A stretch of DNA of 64,000 bases from positions 604,154 to 668,153 of the forward strand of contig NW_018405386.1 in the NCBI RefSeq assembly GCF_002113885.1, read 5' to 3'. Position 1 is the first letter of the stretch. Every line of letters begins with the position of its first letter. The notes under the pieces are model-generated. The model did no database searches. It worked only from the letters and a program-made list of their open reading frames with translations, and was not told the DNA's origin. The position numbers and the translations under genes are program-made. The stretch comes from Mizuhopecten yessoensis (taxonomy: Eukaryota). Below, piece after piece: positions 13,501 through 24,312 of the stretch.

Positions 13501-16155
13501 TTGAGATCTGTTGATAATAACTAGAATTTACCTTTCACAGTGCTGTTGTTACATTTGGACACTGACAGGAGGGCGGGGAACAGATCCCACCCAACTCCAC
13601 CCAAAAACCAAGTTTGAGGCTCACGGTCGATACGCTCTCAAATGTTTGTTCAGCCCAGATTCTACGTAAGTAATTGTGGAAGTAATTCAGCTCTGGAATA
13701 AGAAATTGCAATATACATTTATAAATCATTTTCTTTCTAATTTAAATACATTCTGTATGAAATATACATGTACAGTGTGGGTTAAGTTTGTGAAGTTTTA
13801 AACCAATGTCAGATGTGCATAAATGATCTTTTTATACCCCCGTCGAAGACGGGGACGTATTATGTTATCACGTGAGCGGGCGGGCGGGCGGGCGGGCGGG
13901 CGGGTGGGCGAACGATGTCCGCTCGATATCTCGAGTAATTATGAACGGATTAACTTCAAACTTCACAACAAGGTTAATTACCATGAAACCTTGGACGAGT
14001 TCGATAACCGCCATTATCCGACCATAATTTGTGGAGTTATGGTCCTTTATGGACTTGCTGAAACAGTGTCCGCTCGATATCTCGAGTAATTATTAACGGA
14101 TTAACTTCAAACTTCACAACAAGGTTAATTACCATGAAACCTTGGACGAGTTCGATAACCGCCATTATCCGATCATAATTTGTGGAGTTATTCCCCTTGG
14201 TTTCATTAATGCGATGCATGCGTTCCATGATGTTGTATTGCACTCATTGATCTACAAGTTATGTTGAATGATTTCTCTTAATATCAATTACTCACAAATA
14301 CTTCATATATTTCAATCATACAAACAACTGCTCATTCAATGTGTGGCGGGCGTATTATATACCGCCCGCGGTAACCTTGTTACAGAAAGGAATACAGTTA
14401 AACCTCGTTATACTGTCACCATTTGTGAAGAAAAAAAATTGGTGATGAATTATAAAGGAAAAAACATATACAGGTCAACAAAAAGAGCATAAGAGACTCT
14501 CAGATATGTTAGCAGTGAGGAAGGTAGCAAATGGAACAAGGATATCATATTGAGGTTTTACACTACACACAACATCAATTCTGTGGAAATTGAAAGGTAA
14601 AGTACAGGCTGTATTATGAACTGGATGAGTTTTCTTCTCTAGGTTGCTGGCTACCACCTCTGCCGATCACACAGCCAAGATCTGGCGGACGGCAGACCGC
14701 ACCTTGATGACCGAACTCAGGGACAACACTCAGCGATGGGTGTGGGACTGTGCCTTCAGGGCGACTCACAAAACCTCATAACAGGTAACACACTGGGAAC
14801 TCAGGGACAACACTCAGCGATGGGTGGGGGACTGTGCCTTCAGTGGCGACTCACAATACATCATAACAGGTAAAACACTGTAAACTTGGGGACAACACTC
14901 AGAGATGGGTGTGGGACTGTGCCTTCAGTGGCGACTCACAATACATCATAACAGGTAATACACTGTGAACTTAGGGACAACACTCAGCGATGGGTGTGGG
15001 ACTGTGCCTTCAGTGGTGACTCACAATACATCATAACAGGTAACACACTGAACTCGGGGACAACACTCAGCGATGGGTGTGGGACTGTGCCTTCAGTGGC
15101 GACTCACAATACATCATAACAGGTAACACACTGTGAACTCCGGGACAACACTCAGGGATGGGTGTGGGACTGTGCCTTCAGTGGTGACTCGCAATACATC
15201 ATAACAGGTAACACACTGAACTCGGGGACAACACTCAGAGATGGGTGGTATAGTGTGCTTTTTAAAAATTGCAACTCTTATCACATCATATGAGTAAATG
15301 AACAGAAACATCCCTGTTATGCCTTTTCAAAGAATTTTCAATTAACTTTTACATGCTAGATTTCATCAGTCATCATTCTCTGATAGGTAAGAGAATCATT
15401 TACGTAGTTTTTATTTTTGAAATATTTGGAAGAGAGATAGTTTGATAGGACTATTACCTGTCAGTTGTGTTGTACATAATTCAAATCCTTCAAAGATCCA
15501 GAAAAACTCTGAAATTTGGATTCCACAAGATGTTCTGAAGAAAATAATTCCTTTCATTAAATTCTCAACATTCTATTTGTTGATAGTCAGTATCAAAGTG
15601 TCACCTTCTTTCCTCGCAGTTGACATTTGATGTCCTTGTGTGAAACTGCCTTACAACCTCCCACTCCTCGCCTTTCATCATTTATTGAACAGTTCTTATA
15701 CATTTCTTTGTCTCTACTGGCCAATGTCGACTGAGATCTAGAGACTTAAATAAGTTTGAAATTTATCGTGCTTGTGGGCTAGGTGTCAAATTCATTCTTG
15801 GGCACAACTGACTTTGGACCTTTTAACAGGGTCTTCTCAATTGTATCCATTAGAGGCTGATAGATCTCTTGTTTACGTGTCGATTTGTTTAAAAAATGTT
15901 TTAAGGTGAACTTTAAGAGGTATAAGAGACACCTTTGGGAAGTTGCCACTACTCTCTAATAAATCAATTTGTAGTTCTCACTTATCATAAAGCTAATATT
16001 TTTATGGATTTCTTTTTTATTTCTCTTCCACAGCATCTTCAGACAACACTGCTCGACTCTGGAGTGTAGATACTGGCGAGGTAAAGAAGGAATACAGCGG
16101 TCACCAAAAGGCTGTGGTTGCCATGGCGTTCCGGGACGAAATTGTTGTTCATTGA
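7558..16155 (+). CDS. MLST8: Target of rapamycin complex subunit LST8 (WD40), 9 coding exons; exon 8 has a 1-nt frameshift as assembled
   Basis: Exons 7558-7680 ([30 protein letters not shown]...), 8250-8301, 8544-8706 ([17 protein letters not shown]...), 10265-10340, 10946-11020, 12226-12303, 13541-13665, 14643-14784, 16034-16155 ([10 protein letters not shown]...[14 protein letters not shown]). Closely matches human mLST8 as recalled. Summed length 956 nt, one short of an intact 957-nt frame. Confidence 0.93.
7681..8249 (+). other. U12-type (minor spliceosome) GT-AG intron 1 of MLST8
   Basis: Donor GTATCCTTT matches the U12 consensus; branch-like GCTTTAAC at ~8233-8240, about 10 nt before the CAG acceptor, with no polypyrimidine tract. 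Confidence 0.85.
9207..9765. mobile_element. Non-autonomous DNA transposon (MITE) with 24-bp perfect TIRs and subterminal CCGAAAC repeats
   Basis: GGTGCGACGAATCACCGAAACGGA at left and TCCGTTTCGGTGATTCGTCGCACC at right; only an imperfect flanking duplication. Confidence 0.8.
11175..11820 (-). mobile_element. Degenerate SINE-like element
   Basis: (AAACC)n tail and CTGTTAATAGGA 3' motif shared with the SINE at 58856; GTAAGAGGCGACT core shared with 27330-27590. Confidence 0.6.
12004..12137. repeat. ~135-bp near-perfect inverted repeat (foldback/MITE-like)
   Basis: AAATCTATTACCTGTAACTTAGCGAGATCGGGTTATCTC... pairs with ...GAGATAACCCGATCTCGCTCAGTTACAGGTCATAGATTT. Confidence 0.8.
12402..12810 (-). 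mobile_element. Degenerate CR1-like LINE 3' fragment
   Basis: [22 protein letters not shown]...LLYKIVHGL...[17 protein letters not shown], typical LINE ORF2 C-terminus; (TACAGA)n tail at 12402-12422. Confidence 0.8.
13829..14381 (+). mobile_element. Helentron/DINE-1-like non-autonomous element
   Basis: Starts TTTTTATACCCC with a small hairpin, then (GCGG)n microsatellite, ~150-bp internal tandem duplication, and a 3' palindrome GCGGGCGTATTATATACCGCCCGC followed by CTTGTT. Confidence 0.75.
14713..15247 (+). repeat. 83-85-bp tandem array made of the 3' end of MLST8 exon 8 plus its donor site (6 full copies and 1 partial)
   Basis: Unit GAACTCAGGGACAACACTCAGCGATGGGTGTGGGACTGTGCCTTCAGTGGCGACTCACAATACATCATAACAG|GTAACACACTGT; copies start at 14713, 14797, 14882, 14967, 15050, 15135, 15218. 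Confidence 0.95.
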
Positions 16156-16311
16156 TTCACTTCTATGCATGTTAATTCTTGAGGAGCTTTGTGTTGGACT
16201 GTGAAAGCTTGACAAGTTGGATGTTCATTCCAACTATTTTTCAATGAAATGCAAGATACTGGTCATCTTAAGGCTGAGTGTTACAGCTTTTTATGATGTG
16301 AACAACCTCCT

Positions 16312-16402
16312 TTAACTCATTCACCCCTGAAGACACATTTGAACTCTTCCAATTTAAAGGTTGGAATAGTTCATTATGAAATTTCAGGGGTGTATAAGTT
16401 AA
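16312..16402. mobile_element. ~90-bp TTAA-flanked MITE in the putative MLST8 3' UTR
   Basis: TTAA CTCATTCACCCCTGAA...TTCAGGGGTGTATAAG TTAA; second copy inverted at 23786-23876. Confidence 0.75.
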
Positions 16403-16902
16403 ACCCTGCACGTATTTAAACATTAGTATTAAAGGACTTCTCACTTTTAATACTTATTGAAGGGCAGGATGTTGTTTTAATATATTAGGAACATTTACAT
16501 TGGTTGAAGTAATGTACAGGTCATGACCTTTTATGATATTGGACTAAACAATGATGTCACACAAAGTGTAGTTGTTATTGTGATGCCATTACTCTCTACA
16601 AATTTCAAGTTAAGTCAAGTCAAAGAAAAGTTGTGAGTATTGTAGATTCTTTTTCTGAGATAATATAGATGCTAGGTGAGAAAATGTGTTCCTTTAATAT
16701 CTGATATTATTTGGTTATCATATTTATTGTAATTGTTGTTGAATTATTTTAATATTCTAAAATCTTTGAAATTACCTGTATTACTCAAGTAAGGTAAACA
16801 AAACAATCAACATTACTCAAAGCTTAACTTGAACAATTGTTCAACATGCATCTGATACCACAAGCCAGGGTCACCGTCTTTTATCACGATCCAAACGGTT
16901 AG

Positions 16903-16992
16903 ACCAGAGTTGTTCGTTTATGAAATAAGGTCGGACCTAGTAATCTGATGCTGCTTTCAGGCAAGCCTTGACAAAGCCTTGCAAGACCTGCA
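16903..16992 (+). repeat. Dispersed repeat family (other copies, inverted, at ~42525-42615 and ~48385-48475)
   Basis: ACCAGAGTT...TTTATGAAATAAGGTCGGACCTAGTAATCTGATGCTGCTTTCAGGCAAGCCTTGACAAAGCCTTGCAAG occurs three times. Confidence 0.75.
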
Positions 16993-17542
16993 TTAACATT
17001 TGCATGTCCGCAAGGATTTTTATATCTAAAAACTTTTGTTTGCTGAAATGCTAGTCATTAAATACATGTAGGAAAATTTTCAAAATTACATCATTAATTT
17101 TCTTTCATTTTGGCCATTTTTATCCAAATTAACCAATATTCCTTGTGATAACAAACCCCACTAATCTACCATGTGACTGCCAAATCATGTGATATTTGTT
17201 TCGAGAATTTGCATCTCAGAGACACGATTAAGCTTGGGTATCCACTTCCGGCAGTCCTGATGTTTGAATTTTTGAAATGTACTGGTTATTTGTTTTTTGT
17301 AATGAATGTGTTACATGATCTGACCAAGCAGATATCACAACTGCATTTCTATAAATAATGGAAACAGCAAATATGTATAACAAGTGAATACCATGTTATA
17401 ATGACGATACATGTATGACCATGTGAGAGTATGTGAAAATGAAAGTGGGTGTTTATTTCAAGGTCAAGGTGTGAGTGATGGCTGATAATTTTTTATTATA
17501 ACAAAATATTAATCAAGTACTATTATAGTGATTCTAATCACA

Positions 17543-17738
17543 GGGGCCTGGCACAAATCCTAAACCCCACAGTCTGTATATATGTGTATTATATCATGTC
17601 CCTGATCCCACACCCATGGTCCATATATGTGTATTACGTGACACAGATCCCAAACCCCAGGCGGTATATGTGTCCATTATGTATTTCAAGTTACACATAT
17701 ATATGGACCGTGAGGTTAGGGATCTGTACCATGCCCCC
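17543..17738. repeat. Foldback-like element with ~45-bp imperfect TIRs and internal direct repeats
   Basis: GGGGCCTGGCACAAATCCTAAACCCCACAGTCTGTATATATGTGT versus inverted ACACATATATATGGACCGTGAGGTTAGGGATCTGTACCATGCCCC. Confidence 0.6.
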
Positions 17739-18089
17739 AATGATTCTAGCTATAATAGTCGATCTTTTCTTCAGGACTGAAACATTTACATATTAAATAC
17801 ATTTGTAGAAGATTGCTAACTAATATCCTCTTATAAAATATTGAATGATTTTTCTGGGTTACAAAATATTTTGAAATTAAAAAATTTCAGTACATTGTAT
17901 AGATAATCCTTTAAACAATATCAGACTTATTTCCATAAATGGACTGATAAAGCTTGTTTTCATCAAAACTCTGTAATATAAAAAAAAATCTCGATAGAAG
18001 AAATGATGATAAAATGTGTATGAAAATCAACATATATTAATCAATAAATGAAATCATTAAAATGATAAAGTTCTGAATATTTTTGTTGT

Positions 18090-20166
18090 TTTTATTCCGA
18101 TCACTTTTCATCCGTCGGTGTCCGTCGTGCGTAAACTTTTTACATTATCAACTAATCTTCTCAATAACCATTGGATGGAATTTTTTCAAACTTGATCAGA
18201 ATCATCCTTTGTAGAAGAGGCTACAAAATTGAAAAATTGGGATTCCTACCCAAACCCTAGGGGCCAGGGCGAGGCCCCAAAGGGAAAATTAACCAATATT
18301 TCAAAAATCTTCTTCTCCAGACTCAGAGGTACTACAGTCATTTTCTCTGCATGGATGGAAAGATCATCAGGGGCTTTATTTAAATTGTAAATTTTAGGAC
18401 CCCTGGGCCATCCGTTCCCCCTTGGGGAGGAGGTAAAATAAACTATAGTTTATATAGGTAAACAACACTTTTGGGTATATTTTGACATTTTTCTGTAGGA
18501 AATTATTCTTACTTTGTGAGAATTTTCCTTGGAGGAAGATGGTTTTAAAATGTAAAATTGGGATTCCCACTCCAACCCTAGGGGCCAGGACGGCCCCCAA
18601 AGGAAAATTAACCAATTTTTCAAAAATCTTCTCCGCAGACTTGGAGGTACCACAGCCAATTTCTCTGCATGGATGGAAAGATCATCAGGGACTTTATTTA
18701 AATTGTAAATTTCAGGACCCCCAAGCTATCCATTCTCCCTTGGGGAGAGGGTTAAGTTTAGTTTATATAGGGAAACAACACTTTTGGGTATATTTTTGGC
18801 AATTTTCTGTAGGAAATTATTCTTACTTGGTGAGAATTTTCCTTGGAGGAAGATGGTTTTAAAATGTAAAATTGGGATTCCTACCCCAACCCTAGGGGCC
18901 AGGACGGGCCCTAAAGGGAAAGTTCACCAATATTTCAAAAATCTTCTTCTCCAGTCAATTTCAGTGCATGGATAGAAAGATTATCAGGAGCTTTATTGAA
19001 ATTGTCAATTTCAGGACCCCTGAGCCATCTGTTGCCCCTTGGGGAGGGGTAAAGTTTACTATAGTTTATATAGGGAAATAAGACTTTTGAGTATATTTTA
19101 TCCATTTTCAGCAGAAATTGTTTAAATGGTTGAGCTGACCCCCCGGGCTTAGGGGTGGGGCCAAAAATAGTTTATTACTTAGAAATGGTTAAGATCCCCA
19201 CCATATAACCATATATACAATTGCCGAGTATAAAGAGAAGAATGCACATTTGCTTCCAGGATGGCCCTAGGGTCTGGCCCCAGCCTTGGAGACATACCGT
19301 AGTCCCTGGGCCATAATTTTAAAACGGTTGAGATCCCAACCCCAAAACTATATATGCAAATGCTGGGCATAAAGAGACGAATGCAGTCATGATATTAGAA
19401 TAGACCCTGGGGTCTGACCGGACCCCTTGGGACCTAGTTTCTTAGTCACAGCTTGTAAACAGTTGAGATCCCCCCCCCTATAACCATATATACAATTGCT
19501 AAGTATAAAGAGATGAATGCACATATGCTTCCCGGATGGCTTTGGGGACTGCCCTACCCTTGGAGACTTAACCCCTTGGTCATAACTTTGAAATGGTTAA
19601 GATCCCCACCCCAAAACTATATATACAATTGTTGGGCATACAGAGACGAATGCAGTCATGATATTATAATTGACCCCAGGGTCTGGCCACAACCCTAGGG
19701 ACCTAGTTTCTGAGTCACAGCTTGGAAACAGTTGAGATACCCACTCCATAACCATACATAAAAATTGCTGGACATGAAAAATCTAATACAGATATGCTAC
19801 AAGAGTTGGCCTTTGGGTCTGGAATATTCCCTTGGATCTCATTTTGAGAATATTTTGCCATGATAACTTAAGATATCCAGGTGAGCGATACAGGCCCTCT
19901 GGGCCTCTTGTTCAAACTTGGTCAGAATCATCTTTGGTGCATGAGGGTATTACATTGTAAAATTAGAATTCCTGCCCAATCCCCAGGGGCTAGGGCAGGG
20001 CCCCAAAGGGAACATTTATCAATATTTTAAAATTCTTATCCTTTGATGACACGACGAGTATTGTATTTCACTTAGTTTACATGCTGATTTCCACATCACA
20101 TCTAAACAATGAAATTAAGCTACCAGTACCTATGATATAACTCGGGTGACGGCTAAGGCCCTTGTT
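18090..20166 (+). mobile_element. Nested Helentron-associated (HINE-like) elements with internal tandem repeats
   Basis: CCGTC microsatellite at 5' end, ~310-bp and ~290-bp internal repeats, 3' signature CAGGTGAGCGATACAGGCCCTCTGGGCCTCTTGTT at 19878-19912, second 3' end at ~20145-20166. Confidence 0.75.
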
Positions 20167-20649
20167 GTCCCACTGCTCTTTTAATAGTAAAGTGCAAAAT
20201 CTGTGGAATGTTAAAACATGACTTACTCAATAGGGCTACAGAAAATCAGGAAAGTTTACAGCCGATGTAGGTTAGAGAGAATTATATATCTGCTACAGGT
20301 TCTATTCTTATCCGATGATGTATTAGCCAATATGTATATTTGCTGGTTTTGCATATATATATATATATATTCATGCAATTAAAAAGTCAAGAAATGGAAT
20401 ATCACAGTACCCTATAACAGTTTAAAAGTTTTAAAAGTAACCACTGAAAATTTGCACTTATTTGACCTTTGACCTAAGATCAAGGTCACAGTGACCTGAT
20501 GATGGTGCATCGCACATCATCTATGGGCGATATAGTTATACTGTAAGACAGAGATATCTTTTCATGGTTTAAAAGTTATTGTCTTGACATGAAAATTAGA
20601 AGAAGAACCAGAACTATTACAATATGTCTCCCTTCATATGATTGGGAGA

Positions 20650-21095
20650 CATAAAACCAGGAAGCTACCAGCCAAATATGAAGATTATATACCTTTCAGT
20701 TGTTCAAAAGAAGTCATTTGAAGCGGTTCACACATTTGACCCCTATGACTTTGAAAGTAGGTCAGGGTCATTTTCATTCTCAAACATTGTCTGGCTCTAT
20801 CCCAGGAAGCTACCAGCCAAATATGAAGATTATATACCTTTCAGTTCTTCTTCAGAAGTCATTTGAAGCGTTTCACATATTTGACCCCTGTGACCTTGAA
20901 AGTAGGTCAAGGTCATTTTCATTCTCAAACTTTGTCAGGCTCCTACCAATGAAGCTTTCAGCCAAATATCATGACTCTAAGCATGTTCATTCTTCAGAAG
21001 AAGTTGTTTAAAGGAAAAGTTGACGGACGACGGAAGGACGACAGACGCCACACCACGACATAAGCTCACTTGCCCTTTGGACAGGTGAGCTAAAA
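20650..21095 (-). mobile_element. HINE-like element (5' part), same family as 60326-61152
   Basis: TAAGCTCACTTGCCCTTTGGACAGGTGAGCTAAAA terminus, GACG microsatellite, GACCTTGAAAGTAGGTCAAGGTCA internal repeats. Confidence 0.75.
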
Positions 21096-21244
21096 ACAAA
21101 CACGTCTTATAATGGTATGGTTTATTTCAACAAGTTTAAATTTGAATCGTGTAATATCTTATGTGATTATGTAAACAATGACAAATTACAATTAATGAAA
21201 GGGGTGAATACTGATAATTCTTTTAATGAAAAACATGTTTAATA

Positions 21245-21422
21245 CAGTGAAACCTGTCCTATATGACCCCTATTGTTTGGACTTGTCCGATTTTATTTTG
21301 TAGCTAATGTAAAGAAATCTGATTATTGGATTAGCCATGTCATATATGATGTCAGAATACTCAGGGGTCAGAATAGACAAGATATCGGTTAACTCAGGGT
21401 TTTTTCTAAACAGGTTTCACTG
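21245..21422. mobile_element. Tc1/mariner-type MITE
   Basis: TA|CAGTGAAACCTGT...ACAGGTTTCACTG|TA: 13-bp TIR and TA target duplication. Confidence 0.75.
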
Positions 21423-23785
21423 TATTATAGTCACTGATGATAATTTTATGAATTTGAAATTTCCTCTTTACTGCTAATTATAACAAGTGCTGTATTAGGG
21501 AATTTTCTTTTGCATAAATATTACCATATCATACTCAAAAATCTTCTATACTGATATGATTGATTTTTTTCCCTTTTTTCCTTTTTCAACTCCAAAGCAA
21601 CTGATCCTGGTTCACAACCATTTCCCTTTAATACAGCACAATGTACACATCCGTACATGAAAATCATTTTTTGAAAAATTGGAAACGTCATTCTTACAGA
21701 ATAACCTTACTTGATAATTCATGTTGGTATATCATGGTTATACTGGTGACGCAACATGGAGCAGAGCCAGTAAAACAGATACTTGTGACAGTACGTTCAC
21801 ATTAAACAGACGCAAATCTCAAAACGCAGTAGGATTATCCGCATTCTTATTCATTTCAGCTAAAACCATCGATAGAACACCAATTTGAAGATATATTTGT
21901 TTATTTTTTTTTTAAATCTTTGTGATGACACTCTGCTGTGGATGGTGACATCAGTTACATTCAAAGTGACTCAGGGAAGTGAAATAACATTGACCTTTCG
22001 TGGTCACGTTATTGTTCATGATATCATTAATAATCAATTTGATGGCGTGTCAGGGTCAGTTGGGGTCACTGACATTAACAATTGGCATCCGGGTTTCATA
22101 TGCAAAAGAGAAATATGCGGATGGTATATCATGGCTATACTGTTACAAATTATTACAACTGACCAATCAAATACCGCGTTACATCTCAAATGAAACAGAA
22201 TAAGACATTGGATGATAAAGATTATACTGAACTTGTTTATATATTTATATCTTCCTTAAGAAGAATATAAAAAAAATTGCAAAGTTTCGAATTTTGAACT
22301 TCGTTCATCTGGTCTTACTTCTTATAATGTGATAATACTGGTTTACAATTAAATACACTGAACTCTGTTGTGGCACACCTCCATTACCTTATTATATAAG
22401 AAGAAGGATGAGAAGTTCTTTCTGGCTGATTAATGCTATAAACCAAAGAGCATTCTTAAAATCGTTATTCGTAATTGTCTTTCAATACTACACCATCCTG
22501 AATGCAAATAGATTTACAGTTATATGGACATGAATATTAATAATTTATATAAATTCTAAACTAAATACATGTAGTAATATGGAACAGACTTTATTGCACT
22601 AAAAGCTATAAATAGAAATCAACTCATTCTTTCTTAGAAGAAAAGCCGATAGGAGTTAATACATTTAGTAGGATATTAGTGGACACAATTATTGCTGCCT
22701 CTATATCCACATCAATATAGTTTGAAATTCATTGTGGTAAACATAAAATAAGCCTATATATAAAACACTGTATGATCGTATTTCAACTCAAGATCTTTCC
22801 AAAATTTGTCCCAAATTTTTCTCAAAGTCACATGTATAAATGTTGAGTTGATATGAAATCTTAGGGTAACTTTGACAGTATATTTTAACAGTAAACATGT
22901 ACCAAGTGCACCTGTAGAATGTGAATGTGTTTTATATACATGTACATTACTTCAACAAAAAATGTGTCAAAAGTCTCTTTTCCCCCCTTATTTATAACAT
23001 GTGCTTTTTGTGAATTTTGAAAATTCATTTAAAGTTGAAGAAATTCTAATGTAATTTATGTGATGAAAAATTAAGTACCAATTAAGAATGAAGTTTCAAA
23101 CCCAAACTACCAAACCGTTATACCCACAAAATTAAACTACGATAGAGTAATAACTATAACAGCACTAGGCATTAGGTAAGCATATGAAATCGTGTCACTT
23201 AAAAAGAAGGGTAGCAAGGCTTTAAGCATGTTTAAATAATTTCAAAAAATTTGGTTGGGAAAATTGTAAATGGATGATAAAAATCTTACAACTAGCAATA
23301 TCGCATCCTGCTGTCTGTGAGTACAAAAAAGTTCATTGAACCTCCATTTGTATACCTATGGAAATTTTTTCACTTTCTTTTTAACATAAATACCGACCTC
23401 CCCCACCCCCCTTATAAACCATCTTTTGAAGAAAATATCCATTTTTCAATTTAAAATAAAATCTGCCATCTTTCACATTTTTTTTTCAATCTTGATGATG
23501 AATATTCTCATTTTTAAATACAATTCATACAAAGAGAAAACATATATACAGTTAACAAAACATTGGTTAACCCCTCAAAGCCCTTAAGGGAATAAGCTAC
23601 CCAGTACAATATACTGACCAAGAATGACCTCCCTCGACACAAATTTAGTAATTGAATTCTGATCATTCTAAGTGTGTCATCAATTAATCAGGTCAAACTT
23701 ACCCTTTGTTAAAGATAACTAACAGGTTTCTTTCGAAGATACCAGTCATCATAAGGTAGCATATATCCTTTCATGTGTATTTTGG

Positions 23786-23876
23786 TTAACTCATTCACCC
23801 CTGAAATTTCGTAATGAACTATTCCCACCTTTGAATTGGAAGAGGTCAAATGTGTCTTCAGGGGTGAAGGAGTTAA
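23786..23876. mobile_element. ~90-bp TTAA-flanked MITE in the putative BRI3 3' UTR
   Basis: Reverse-complement homologue of 16312-16402, with TIRs and TTAA flanks. Confidence 0.75.
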
Positions 23877-24312
23877 AAAGATTAATTTAATATTTCAAAA
23901 GAAAGAAGAAATCTGTTATTAATTTCTGTTACAAAAAAATTGAAGTACCTTAAAATGTTACTTGGATGTTGTCCATTAATTCTGTTACAAAAATGTACAT
24001 ACCTTAAAATGGAATTGGGATGTTGTCTATGTCAAATTACTTTTCAATAATTGTCAAATTTGACTTAAACATTTTCCATACTGTTGATACAATACCCAGA
24101 AACAAGAGTAGCAGTGTATAGCACACTTTACATGTTCAATACATGTATAAAACTGTGGATTTTTAGCTCTGCTTATAGAACGGTCCAAGTGTGTTCGTTT
24201 ATCATGGAAAATTTCTCTACAAAACCTAGAGACACAAACAAATGTTTCGTTATCATTTCTTTAGGCTGAACAGGCTAGGAACATGAGAGCCCCACTAGAA
24301 TGTTTGGGCACC

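Noticed and set aside
7558-16155. Calling MLST8 a pseudogene
   Set aside because: All splice sites and the rest of the frame are intact and highly conserved; the lesions are more simply an assembly error or an allele-level defect.
18394-18975. Several overlapping ORFs
   Set aside because: They lie in the internal tandem repeats of a HINE-like element and show no protein motifs.
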